Assembly: GCF_009914755.1 (NCBI RefSeq)
Contig: NC_060929.1
Source: the human T2T-CHM13v2.0 reference genome, Homo sapiens
Strand: one strand, 5' to 3'
DNA: 64,000 nt
The notes below the pieces were generated by a model, which was not told the origin of the DNA, did not search any database, and worked only from the letters and a program-made list of their open reading frames with translations. Both the position numbers and the translations under genes were made by a program. Of this stretch, positions 51,352-64,000 are shown in pieces. The first letter of the stretch is position 1. Each line of letters begins with the position of its first letter.

Positions 51352-51729
51352 GTAACCACAGCTTGGGAGGCTAATCTGCCAAAGGGGAGGCATACTCACC
51401 CTGAATGTCTAGCTCCTCTTCTTGTCCCTTGTAAATGTGCATTTCCACTTTACTGATTATATTCATAGGAAGTTTGCACATCCTGGAATCTCAGGAAAAA
51501 TACAATTTCTACATTTCTGGGAAGGGTTTTTGAATGATAGTGACATGTGTTATAGTTGTGACAATACCATTTACCACCTTCGTGATTTTGGATGAGACGT
51601 AATCACTCTGAGTTTTTGTTTCCCCATCAGTAAAATAGTGGCCAAACAGGACACTGGAAGTGAATATGTTTTGAAACATGCGAATTACATGTAAGCTGCT
51701 CTAAATTTTGTTGTCCTTCTACATTTCAG

Positions 51730-51753
51730 GAGGCGCTATCACACTTGGTGTGA
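51730..51753 (+). CDS. SCGB3A2: SCGB3A2 exon 3 CDS (EALSHLV*). Joined CDS is 282 nt, 93 aa.
   Basis: Acceptor acatttcag|GAG, and 55+203+24=282. Confidence 0.95.
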   Translation, partial: EALSHLV

Positions 51754-51876
51754 CATCAAGATAAAGAGCGGAGGTGGATGGGGATGGAAGATGATGCTCC
51801 TATCCTCCCTGCCTGAAACCTGTTCTACCAATTATAGATCAAATGCCCTAAAATGTAGTGACCCGTGAAAAGGACA

Positions 51877-51882
51877 AATAAA
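51877..51882 (+). terminator. SCGB3A2: SCGB3A2 polyadenylation signal
   Basis: AATAAA about 125 nt after the stop, followed by a T-rich downstream element. Confidence 0.85.
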
Positions 51883-54344
51883 GCAATGAATACATTTTCA
51901 GTCGTCCTATTTTTATTTCTGGGGACTCTATTCAGAAGGACGTATCCAGATTAGTTTTCCCTTGGTTCATAAACTCGAGAGAGCCTGTTTTTATAAAGAA
52001 AACCTGGAATCTTAAGTAAGACATAATCATTCCTTCTCCTTTCCTTATCTCTAATTTAAACATCTCTATTTTTCCCAAATGTTTTATCTCACGGTGTTTT
52101 CAGACCCTTCACTTTCCTATCCCCCATCCTAAATAAATTTTTACATTTAAAAAATGAAAAAATAATTTTCAAAATATTGTCTGATAAGACTAGCATCTTA
52201 CTAACTTCATTGGTTTGGCTTCTGTTTCACTAGAATGCTAGTTCTTAAGTTTGTAGTTAAGCTATGGCCACTCAATAGCTTTCACCAATCCTTCCACCAA
52301 GTTAGGCCTTTACTACATCATCCTTAGGCAAATGGGTGATGAACTATCTTTTCTTTCCTTTACTCTGTCATCTACAGTGATGACAGAATTATCTTTCCAA
52401 GGAATTATTCTGGTAATATCATGACGGCCTGTAGAGCAGATTTCAAGCTTCTGAGCATGGCATGCAAGGCTGTTCATGATCTGGCTTTTGGTTACACGTC
52501 TAGTCTTCTTATCTACATTCCTTTCTTCACATGCGCTCTACTCCAGCCACACTGAACAGATAACTAAATCCTTTTCCCTCTAACACTCTTACACCTTAAT
52601 GAAAAATCAAGTTTCTTCCTACCTAGAATGTCTGCCACCATCGACCTTCAGACCTGGCCTGTGTCAGTCTTTGGACTGTTTGCTGTCAGGTCCATTTCCT
52701 CCACTTCCCCTGTTCTGCTCTGCTCTGCTCTGCTGTGTGTTGAGGCAGGACAGGAAACATGATACTGATTGCTGCAGCTTGCATTTCTCAGGTTCCCAAA
52801 TCAGCTGACATTTGGGCTAGGTTCTGCCCCTGGGAGGCGCAGGCAGTAGATAGGAAGTAGGAAAAGAGGAAAACTATTGTATGACCCTTTCTGGCTCTGT
52901 ATTAGGGAGAAGTCTCTGGAAATGACTGTACCACGTCTGAGCTCCAGGTCCTGCTAGATAGGCCTGCCTTGGTCCCAGCTTTTGCTGGGTGAGTCCAGCC
53001 TCTGGGCTCTGGTTACACCACCTCCTTTCTTTTTCTCTCCAGCTGAAGTTAGTGGTTTCCTCCTGTTGTCAGTTTCTGGGTGCCTTACCATCACCTACTT
53101 GACTTTTAGCTCTTCTAATGTCTATTCAATCAATTCTTTGCATTACATTCCTTCTGTTGTAAGTACTTTGAGTAGTTTCTGTTTCTTAATTGGTTTCTGA
53201 CTAAGATGATGTTAAATGTTATCTCTAGGGATATTATCTTAATTTCCTTCCATTGCTTGACTTCCATTTTTTGGCAACTAAAATAGCTTTCACTCTGTGA
53301 AATTTCCTACTTTATTTCCTTATTTTACCTATGCCTATAATGATAGATTAGGTTGCCCAGCTGCAGTAATAAATAATCCCAAATCTCAGTGGCTTACGTG
53401 CACAGTGTGTCACTTGTTCCTCACAGTATGTGGCCATCTTTGGTTGGCTGTAGCTATGATCAATGTTTTATGAATTCTATACAGGAGCTGATGGAATAGT
53501 CTCTCTTGTGCATTTTGCTTATGTTTACAGGGAAAGAGAACTTGGTGAACAATGAGCTAACTCTTAAAGCTTCTTCTTAAAAGTGAAGTATATGACTTCC
53601 AATCATGTTTAATTGGCCAGAGCAAGTCATTTGACCATGTTTGACTTCTTTAGGAAGGGGATGTATAATTATCCTATAGGAAAGAGCAGTGCCAAATATG
53701 ATTAATGTAATGTAATTGACCACATTACTTGATGACTTCAAAGTAATTGTCACCTTAGATGACTCTCATACTTGCAATTTTCTTTTCTATTGAATTACAT
53801 GCCATCTTTCCGCCTACCTTAGTTTTCTGCTATTTGACCACTATTTTTCAGTTTCTTTAAATGGCCCTTATTATTTTTGACTTCCCTTGGACATTGATAC
53901 CTCCAAAGATACTAAACTTGATTCCCCTTCTATTTTTACTCTGTGTATAACCTTTATTGGAGAATCTTATGTACTACCATGGACGCCAATATAATCTTTA
54001 TGTTAGGAACTCTAAAATCTATGGCTACAATCTATACCTTTTTTTTTTTTTTAAAGAAGAGATTTAGTTACCTATAAGACACCTCCAAGGGATGCTCTTT
54101 TTTAGGTTCAACTCAAACATTTTTACCTGAACTCATTGTCTCTCTTTCAAAACCCACTCCTATGTTTTAATTTGCTATTCAGTTTACAGCACAGACATTT
54201 TAGTGGTTGCCTGAGACAGAAACTTGGGAATAATCCTAAGTACTCTCTGTCATCAGCCTCCTTTCTGATTGGTAAGCAAGCCTTATCAACCCTTTTCACA
54301 ACTATTGCACACATTTTTCATGATCACCACTGGTACTGTTCCTA

Positions 54345-54705
<361 letters not shown>

Positions 54706-55364
54706 TAATCTCTCAAGTGACTTTTGTATTCCCAAAGGTCCCCTTCTAATCCATCATCCATACACAGAAGGAGACTTCCTAAAATACAGGAATTATTCCC
54801 CAACTTCAAATTCATCCATAGTTTTTTAATGCTGATTGAAAAAAAAAGAGTCAGACACTATGTTAAATCAATAGACACATTAATAATATAAGTTTAAACG
54901 TATTTGTTTTCATACTTATTTCAAAGTCTCTTTTCTAGACTGTCAAGTTAAATGGTTAGTGACTCTAATGTACATGTCTGTATCCTCAGCACATCGCACA
55001 GAGCCTGAAGATAGTCGGTGTTGGTTCTGTTGAATAAATGGGATTGTTTCTGTTAAGTTGTATCTGATTGGGTTGGCCCCTTTGTTTTGTTCCACTAGTC
55101 ATATTATTAAGCCTTTCATTGCTCTCTCTCTCCCAGTGTTTTGCATATTTGAGAAGGATGCCTCTCTATGTCTTCACTAAGGTATTAAATGGAAAAGATT
55201 GGGGATAAAGTTCTCTGCCATTGTACTCTGAGTAATAGCAGTAATCTGACAGTTTACTGGGTTGGAAGGTTTTTTTTCCAGGGGTGTATCAAACAGAGGG
55301 ATTAAGAAGGAATCTGGGGACAAATTATGTTTGGGAAGGCAGGCAGAAACTGATGATAAACATT

Positions 55365-56115
55365 ATCATAAAAGTGACAACACCAAATGCTGGTGAGGAT
55401 GTAGACAAGCTGGATCACTCACACATTGCTGGTGTGAAAGTAAAACAGTACAGCTACTCTGGTAAAATAGTTTGACATTTTGTTAAAAAACTAAACATGC
55501 AACTACCATAAAACCCAGCAATTGTACTCTTGGGCATTTATCCCAGAGAAACAAAAACTTATATTTATGCAAAAACCTGTACACAAATGGTCATAACAAT
55601 TTTATTTTAGTAGCCAAAAACTGGAAACAACACAGTTGTTCTTCAGTGGATGAATGGATAAATTTTGGACATCTTTGTAAAGAAATACTATTCAACAAAA
55701 AAGGAGAACAAACTATTTATATACACAGTAACCTGGATGCATCCTTAGAGAATTATGCTGAGTGAAAAAATGTCAAACCCCAAAGGTTAAATTTTGTATA
55801 CTTTTATTTATGTAACATTCTCAAAATGACAAAATTATAGAAATAAAGAACAAATTTGTAATTTCCAGGGGTTAAGGAGACGATGGGGGCAGGAAGGAAG
55901 TGAGTGTGTTATATAAGAGCTGTATGAGAGATCCTTATGAGGACAGAAATATTCTGTGTTTTACCTGTATCAATGTCAGCATACTGGTTTTGATGTAGCA
56001 GCATAGTTTTGCAAGATACTACCATTGGAGGAAACTTGGTAGAAAATATGCTGGATTGCTCTGTATGATTTCTTAAAACTTCATGTGAATCTATAGTTAT
56101 CTTAAAAAGTTTAAA
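55365..56115 (+). mobile_element. L1MC/MB-type 3' fragment
   Basis: caccaaatgctggtgaggatgt, aaaactaaacatgcaactacc, gaattatgctgagtgaaaaaa. Confidence 0.85.
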
Positions 56116-59100
56116 AATTATTTTAAAGATCATCAGAATATAGAAATATATACATATAATTATCATATAATCATATGGAATATAATTAACATGTTATATA
56201 TAATTATATACAACTATAATTATGTATAACTGTAGTTACATATATGCATATATGTAACTTTCATTCTCTTCATCCATAAATTCCACAAATTAGAGGAAAC
56301 CACTGTTCACATTGATGTGCTTTTTTCAAGACATTTTCTAAATATTTACAAACATACATGAATGATACATTGCACATATGAATGACATATGCCTTATTTA
56401 AATTGTTATCTATGTGAATATTAATTTAATTTATATAATGTATATTATATTGTTTCTAATATCTAATTATATTTTTTGTTATTATAAAAAGTGCTATAGT
56501 GAGCATGCATATTTTGCATACATTTTTGTCTTTATGTCTTCAGAAAAACCTTGAAAGTGGAAATGCAAGGTCCAGAATTACATGGTGTCTAAAATTTTGA
56601 TAACTAGTCACACATTTCAATGGGGAAGAACAGTTGGTATCTCAGGTGACTGAGGTCGGAGAAGTGCCATTTCCAAAGATGGGATTAGGGACCCAAGACA
56701 ATGCCTAGGGTATGATTGTTCTCCCTAAGCTAGCTGTAAATCCCTTTTTATTATGTGCTGGAGGGTCAAGCCATGCAAGGTATGAATTATATGATTTCTT
56801 AGTTTCATGTCTAAGATAGGCAGTACAACCAGACAGGTAAGTACAATTTATTTGCTACATTATTTTTTATTTTAGAAAGCAACCAGATGAAGAGCTCGCA
56901 GGCTATTGAGGCAGATTAAAGACAGCAGAGGGCGCTCATTATTAGCAAAATCAAGGAAAACATTTGTGTATATATGCAAGGTAGATAATGAGAAATATCA
57001 GCACCTTCTATTGCATTAAATTTTTCACTGGGGATTCACAACTAAATGGCAACTACCTGATGCTCCCCCTTTCTAGTAACTACCTCTGACTTCATTTCAA
57101 GCATTGTTAAATGGTGCATTCTTTGTTCTGTCCTTAACTCTCTCATTATCAAATGAGAACTTGTTTTCTGATACTGACAATGACCATAATAACAGTGATA
57201 GCTATTGGTCATTCATTGTTTCCTCCATATATTTTCGATTCAGCAAATAATTATTGAATATTAGTTGCAGGATCTTTGCTGGACAGGAAGCATACAGTAA
57301 TAAATTGTCATGACCCATATCTCCATAGATTTCACAGTGTAAAGGGAGAGATAGAAACCACACAAATAAACATGGGTAAAAGGATAATTATAAGTTATGA
57401 TAATAACAATAAAGGAAAAGAATAGGATCCTAAGAAAGGTCACAGTGACAAGAGATTGCCTGTTTATTTTAGGTCATTTCTATGGACATGCCAAGTTGGG
57501 ACTTGAGGTTGGAAGAACCCATCTTAACCAAATAATATTCTGTGTGGAAGGTACTAAGTGCATGAATATCCTGAGGATAAGGAGAACTTGGCTTCTTCAA
57601 AGAACTGAAACATCACCTGTGTTTCAGTGCACAGGTGGCAGCAGGAGCACAGGGACACAAGCCAAGGTCAAACCATGCATTAGGTGTCATGGTCATGGCC
57701 CTGTATTTATCCTAAGAGCCCAGAAAAGCCTTGGGAAATTTTGTATCCAATGTTCTCCATATACCTGAGTGGCAACACTGCATATGCAACCATATCCACT
57801 TGCATTAGTCAGACTCCTACGAGTCATTCCTGATACTTCCCTCTCCCTGACACGTCATGTAGAACTAATCACCATGTCCTGTCAACCTAATGTCTTAATA
57901 TTCTCTTGAATCCTTCCACATGGTTCTGTCTGCATTGACCCTCCCTTGCTCAAGAGCTTTTGGCTGGCTTCTTGCTTTACTCTGGACCCCTCTGTCTAGC
58001 CTGCACAACAGCCAACTGATATTTTTAAAATGCAACAATGATCATATGTGTTCCAATGCTCAAAATCCTTTGGTGGCTTTCCATTGTTCTTGGATTTAAG
58101 AATAAAATCCTGACCATAACCTATGAGGTCCTGTAAGACTTACTTTCTTCCTTCTTATTTGCTTTCCAGCCACCTTGACGTTTCTTCATGGCTAGAGAAC
58201 AGTATACCTAGCACAGGGCTTTTGCAAATGCCATTCACTCAACTATAAATGCCTCTTCTCCTTCATTGCCTTATGAATTTTGTCCTATTCAACCACTTTA
58301 TTATTTCTCTTTTGAGATCTCAGCACATGTCTCCCTTCCTTAGGAACCTTCCTTCACCCAGTTGATACACATCTGTGACAGCTTCCAAGAGAACCATCTT
58401 CCTTCCTTCCCAAGCAAGTCTCTCAAAATGTAATTATAGGTTTATGTAGGATTATCTGATGATTTTTTGTATCTCCCACTTATTTGTGAGCTCCAAGATT
58501 GTTCAGTATTTAAATTGTGTGGTTTTGGGAGTATATGCATATGTTTAAATTCTTTAAGTGTATACTTTAAATGCATGCAGTTTTTGTACATCAGTTATAA
58601 GTTTAGAAAATTACTTATATGCTGTGAGTCCATAAAGTGTCCATTTGGGCCAATAAGGGAGTGGCTACATTTTGAAGGCTTTTTCACAATGTCCATTAGC
58701 ATTTTTTAAAATGCCCTTTGATCTTGCAATTCAATTTTTGAAAACCTTTTATAAAAACATTAAATAAAAATATTTATATATAAATATTAGTGCATGTGCT
58801 TATACATATAAGCTTGTTTATTGCAGAATCCTTTGAAAAGCTGAAAAAATAGAAATGATATGAAAGTCTATCAATAGGGAAATAATGAGATATTGAATAG
58901 CTTTTTAAAGATTTCTATCTGTTTACCTAAACTAAATGCCATGAGAAATTATTCAGTGACAGTCAAGCTGCAGAGTAAAGCACTCACCCAAACCCCACTC
59001 TACATGTGAATATGTTTGGATATGTTTGAACAGTCAGGGACAACAGCAACAATATTGGTTGCTGATATGGCTGGTTTGGGAATAATCGGATTAGTGTGGG

Positions 59101-59254
59101 AGATTGTTAACTTTTAGAAGTATATACACATTTCCATATTCCCCTCATTTTTCCCTCTCACATGGTAACATATGCCACTTTAATAATTTTTGGATCTAAA
59201 TTTTGAAGAAAACATTCTGTCAATTAGTACATATTAAAAAGTAATTCCTCTCAC

Positions 59255-59373
59255 CTAGGTAATGGGTTGATAGATACAGCAAACCACCATGGCACACGTT
59301 TATCTATGTAACAAACCTGCATGTCCTGCACATGTATCCCAGAACATAAAATAAAATTAATTTTCTTAAAAAG
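59255..59373 (+). mobile_element. Very short 5'-truncated L1PA 3' end
   Basis: caaaccaccatggcacacgtt...aacaaacctgca, with 17-bp TSD AAAGTAATTCCTCTCAC (59238-59254, 59374-59390). Confidence 0.92.
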
Positions 59374-62300
59374 AAAGTAATTCCTCTCACTCTCAAAATA
59401 AATACAAAAGGAAATCAGTCACACAGACTTTTGTTCGAGTTTGGCTCCAGCGTTACTCAACTGGGTGATCTTGTCAGATTCTCAATTGCATCATTTCAAA
59501 AGGGAATAATCATATCTAATTTTTGTACTAAGTATGAGGATTCAATGAGGTAGCATTTATGCAGGACCAAGCATGGAAGGTATCCTAATGAAATCTGTTT
59601 CTTAATAAAGGTAGGTAAGTTTGAAGGATTATAAGGCTATCCTTGAATGTCAAGCATTGCCATAGTCTGAGTTTTGGTTTAAGCTTTCTTCTGTGGTTGA
59701 AATGCCCTTCCTTCTCCTTCTCCATGTCTTCAAATCCTTTATCATTCATCAAGTCATGGATCAAATATTATTACATCAGAGAAATCTTTCCGGATTTCCG
59801 AGGGAGCATGAATGGTTCTTTGTGCTGGTTCCCATGTTCCCATGTCCGTGCCTCTGTTATGCTGCACCGTGTTGAGTATGTTTAGTTGGTTATGCACGCA
59901 TATCTTCTGCATCAAGACTGTGAGGCACTTGAAAGCAAAAATCATGAGATATTCAACTGTGTACCCTTACTATCTTGCCCTTGGGTAGAAGCTCTATCAT
60001 TTAAATTTCTTCACTTTTTGCAAAATACAAGAAACATTTACAGAACAGCTGCTCTCTGCTAGACACTGTTCTAATTGCTCATGATTGCACCAGAAACATT
60101 GAACAAAAAAGGCCAAATTCTTGCCTCGTGGAGATTACATTTTAATGAAGGTAGGCAGAAAAAGGAATGAAATAAATAAAGTTTTAACATTGTGTTAAAA
60201 GACATATATTAAAAAATATATATCCATAGGAGGAAAAATTAAGCAGCCAAAGAATATAGACGTATTAGGGCAGAAGATGCAGTTTTAAATAAAATGATCA
60301 ATGAAGGCTTCACTGAGAAGGTGATATTTAGTACAAGACCTTAAGAAATGAAGGAGCAAGCCATGTGGCCACCTCGCGAAAGAGTAATTTAGGCACAGGG
60401 AAGAGGAAATGTAAGGCCCTATAAAAAGAACATACTTGGACTATTTAAAGACTGACAAGGATCCCAATATGGCTGGAGTGAAAAGAGAAAGCTAATGAGT
60501 AGGAGAAAGGAAGGGAAGTGAATAACTCAGGTAGGATCTTTGCCACATTGTAAAGAAATTTTTAAATGAAGTGTTTGTTTCAAATGAGATGGGAAATGGC
60601 AGAAGGAATTAATCTGAATTGAATTTTATTTAAATAGAATTACTCTATCTACTCAGCATTTCTGTAAAAAGTCAAGCATAAATTCCCTCAAGCACTTGAG
60701 TCATGATAGAAAGTTTGGGATTTGGGACAGAATAGTGATGATGTAGATTGTGTCCTCAGCATGTCACAGGGGAATTCTCTGCTGGGAGTTAGACACACTT
60801 GGCTGGAGCTCCCATGTAGCCTCTACCAATTTTGGTATCTTAGGCATGATACCAATCAGCCTCCTGAGCCTCAGTTTCTTCACCTGTCATATGCAGAAAA
60901 CAATACCTCCCTAATTCACTTCAATCGCATTGCAGTTATGAGATTACAAGGAGATGATACTGGGAAAGAGTCCCAAAAGAAAAATTCTATGCAGATGAAA
61001 GAGATTCTTGATCTTTAAGAACAGGTGTACCTGCTGGCTGAAGACATGGGTCTTATTGGAGGGTAGGGGAAGAAGGCAATGAAGGGGAGGAAGAGGAAAC
61101 ACACATTGTAAAGCAGTTGGGAAATCTTCAAAATCTCTATAGATCGTTGGAGATCTTTGTCAGCGACCCGTTAGGAATTTACCAAATCTTGTATTGATAT
61201 GGCACTTTCCCAACCCTCAACATGAAAAAGTGATTTCAAAATGTACAATAGACAGGTGAAGATAAAGGCAGGAAAGTTCTGGTAGAGTATGTTTCTCACA
61301 TATAAGTAGTGTATTAATTAATATAGTTGTAGTAAATATGTTATCTAGGCACAAATCAGTGAGTCAACATTGGAAAAGAGATTTTGCAGCCACATTTGAT
61401 GGGGAGAAGCAGTTTGTGTGCCAGATACTGAATATAATAGACATTCTAAGTAATTTAGTTAAGTGGGATGTGATATTTGAAATTGACACAATCCCTAGAA
61501 AATGCAGAGTGTGAGTTGTCTGAATTTATTGTAGAAAGTAACATGCATTTTTCAACATTTAGTAGGAATTCACTCTTGGTTTATCTACCTGTATTATTAA
61601 AATTATTTGTGCTGCATGCACACCTCTTCTGGCTAAGTAAAAACAGGAAGACAGACAAACAAAACATTTATTAAACATACATTTGAGTTACTTTCAGAGT
61701 TTATGTGTTTGGGAAGGACAAAACCCAAGATAGCTTTTGAGAACTCAGTAGAAGCACATAGAAACTTTATTCTAGATTAGAGCACTGCTTTAACTGGCAT
61801 CTTGCTCTATAATAAGATTTCAGTCTTGTCTTACTGTCCACAGTAAACAATTCTGGGAGATTACTGTATTTCTAGCTCTGCTATGTCACATTTTACTTCT
61901 GGTAAGTGGGCAAGAACCATAGCCATGGCTGCAGAGGATCCACCTCTGTGTAATAAGGTGGTGGCACGAAAGGCCTGCAACTAAACATTTCAATGACTCT
62001 TCCATCCCTGACACTGCTATTTTATGAGAAAAATAGTGACTCTGTGGGAAGGCAATGATTTTATTAATTTTAAAAAGGTCAGTTTTTAAGTTTACTAGCA
62101 TAGGAGAGTGGGCTCAGATAGTTTTAAAATACTTTCTAAAAAAGATGTGTAAAACTTTTAACTCTGAAATTGCATACATTTTTAGGAGTTGAGAGCTTGT
62201 TTTGAGGTCAGGTTTTAATCCTCTTTCTGTCACTTATTGGCTCTGTGAATTCGAACTTGCTACATTATCTGGGCTTTAGTCCTCTTATTTTGAACCATTC

Positions 62301-62419
62301 TTTGGTTATCCTGTTGAATATATAAATATATAAATATTCACCAAGAGATATATATTTGCATCATTAAAACTTTAAACATGGCCAGAAAAAATTACTAATA
62401 GCAACACAAATCCTCTCCA

Positions 62420-62642
62420 TCAACTATGTGATCCCAAAGCGCCATATTTATTCTAACTTTCTAAAAGCAAAAATGCAGTCAGGGTGTTCAAAATGAGTTC
62501 TGTTTGGTTGAAGCCAGAGCCTGAATCCTGAGAACTCGTTGGGAGTTGCTTTGAGGGCTCTGTCCTGGAGGACTTGTGGAGCCAAACTGGAAAAGCAGGA
62601 TTTGGCTGCTCTTGGATTGTCCAGGAGCCACATGGGTGTGTC
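62420..62642 (-). other. C5orf46: Probable terminal (3'UTR) exon of C5orf46. Left boundary approximate and upstream exons lie beyond the window.
   Basis: Minus-strand acceptor TTTTCCTCTCTTTGGCTTGTGTTTCAAAG|GACAC and AATAAA at 62452-62447. Gene identity inferred from gene order. Confidence 0.65.
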
Positions 62643-62984
62643 CTTTGAAACACAAGCCAAAGAGAGGAAAACAATTACCAAGTAGAGCTGGTTTAAGACG
62701 TTAAATAAACCAAATAACTTTTAACCTTTCCCTTAAAATTTTTATGCTTCTGCACTTTAAAATAGAAGAGGTTTCATAATAAAATCAACTATAATACATT
62801 CTTGAGGAAATGAGCAACAAAAACAACAAAGCAAAAATTCAGAGTATATAAAGAAAGAATCAGAAACAAGAATGAAGGGAGAATGTACATTGAATAAACT
62901 CCTAAGGATAAGTTGAGTCACCAGTTTCACTGAGTTTCTGGATAGATAGGTGATGAAAAAGAAAAAAACTAAGTCACATAAATC

Positions 62985-63557
62985 TTTTTTTTTTTTTTTT
63001 TTTTGAGACAGAGTCCCTCTCTGTTGCCCAGGCTGGAGTGCAGTGGCTGTGATCCTGGCTCACTGCAGCTTCTGCCTCCCAGGTTCAAGCGATTCTTCTG
63101 CCTCAGCCTCCCGAGTAGCTGGGACTACAGGCACCCGCTACCACACCTGGCTAATTTTTTGTATTTTTAGTAGAGACAGGGTTTCACAGTTTTAGCCAGA
63201 ATGGTCTCGATCTCCTGATCTCATGATTTGCCTGCCTCAGCCTCCCAAAGTGCTGGGATTACGAGCCACAGTTTCGCTCTTGTTGCCCTGGCTGGAGTGC
63301 AGTGGCTTGATCTTGGTTTACCACAACCTCTGCCTCCCTGGTTCAAGCGATTCTCCTGCCTCAGCCTCATGAGTAGCTGGGATTACTGGCATGTGCCACC
63401 ATGCCCGGCTAATTTTGTATTTTTAGTAGAGACAGTGTTTCTCCATGTTGGTCAGGCTGGTTTCCACCTCCCGACCTCAGGTGATCTGCCCGCTCGGCCT
63501 CCCAAAGCGCTGGGATTTGGTAGGCACCTGTAATGGCATGAGGCACTATGCCCAGCC
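62985..63557 (-). mobile_element. Two fused Alus (four monomers) within one TSD
   Basis: TSD TCACATAAATCTT at 62974-62986 and 63559-63571, junction near 63269. Confidence 0.9.
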
Positions 63558-64000
63558 ATCACATAAATCTTATAAGCAGAAAAGAGGAATCTGACTTTAG
63601 GGAAGGCATATTTTTTTTTTTTTTGCCTGATTTCTAAAAGAAAAATTTTCCATAAGACTTCATGAAAACGTAATCAAGTGACATTGTGGCCACGGGCAAT
63701 TTTGCTTATCAGGTGCACTGGAATTTCCTGTCTGACTTACTTATTCCTAGATCCCTCCCTAGGAAGTTCTGACTGAGCAAGTCTAAGCATAAAAGTCTAG
63801 TGTGTCCTATAGTACATTTTGCCTTAATCCAAAACACTTGTATAAAAATTAAGAATTCATAAAGTGACTTTCTATCCATTACCTCTTTTGATAATTTTAG
63901 TAATCTAGTGAGGTTTGTCCAAATTTGTTTTTAAGCAGGAAAGAAAATTTATACTTAAAATATCAAATGACTTAAGACACAAAAAAAGATGACTTGAATT

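Noticed and set aside
51043-51456. 137-aa ORF as a longer SCGB3A2 protein
   Set aside because: It is exon 2 with open intron flanks. Canonical splice sites give the 93-aa protein.

Overview
Mammalian (human-type) genomic DNA. The gene set SPINK1, SCGB3A2 and C5orf46 identifies it as the 5q32 locus; this comes from recognising the sequence, not from a database search. Left to right: SPINK1 intron 1, coding exon 1 and promoter (minus strand), with an upstream PTF1-type enhancer motif; a disabled single-exon formyl-peptide-receptor-like GPCR (minus, 21346-22368); an internally deleted MER57-type provirus (29988-33550); two HERV-H/LTR7 elements arranged tail-to-tail as a multi-kb inverted repeat (about 34365-44229), the right one nested in an LTR8; the complete 3-exon SCGB3A2 gene (plus); and the probable terminal exon of C5orf46 (minus). 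The rest is largely Alu, L1, L2/MIR, MaLR and DNA-transposon fossils and microsatellites. Most short ORFs in the track are noise. The most interesting items are the FPR-like relic with an intact splice acceptor, the HERV-H inverted pair with signs of sequence exchange, and a stop-free CTG-initiated ESRG-like frame in the full-length provirus. Repeat subfamily names come from recalled consensus sequences and need Dfam/RepeatMasker confirmation.
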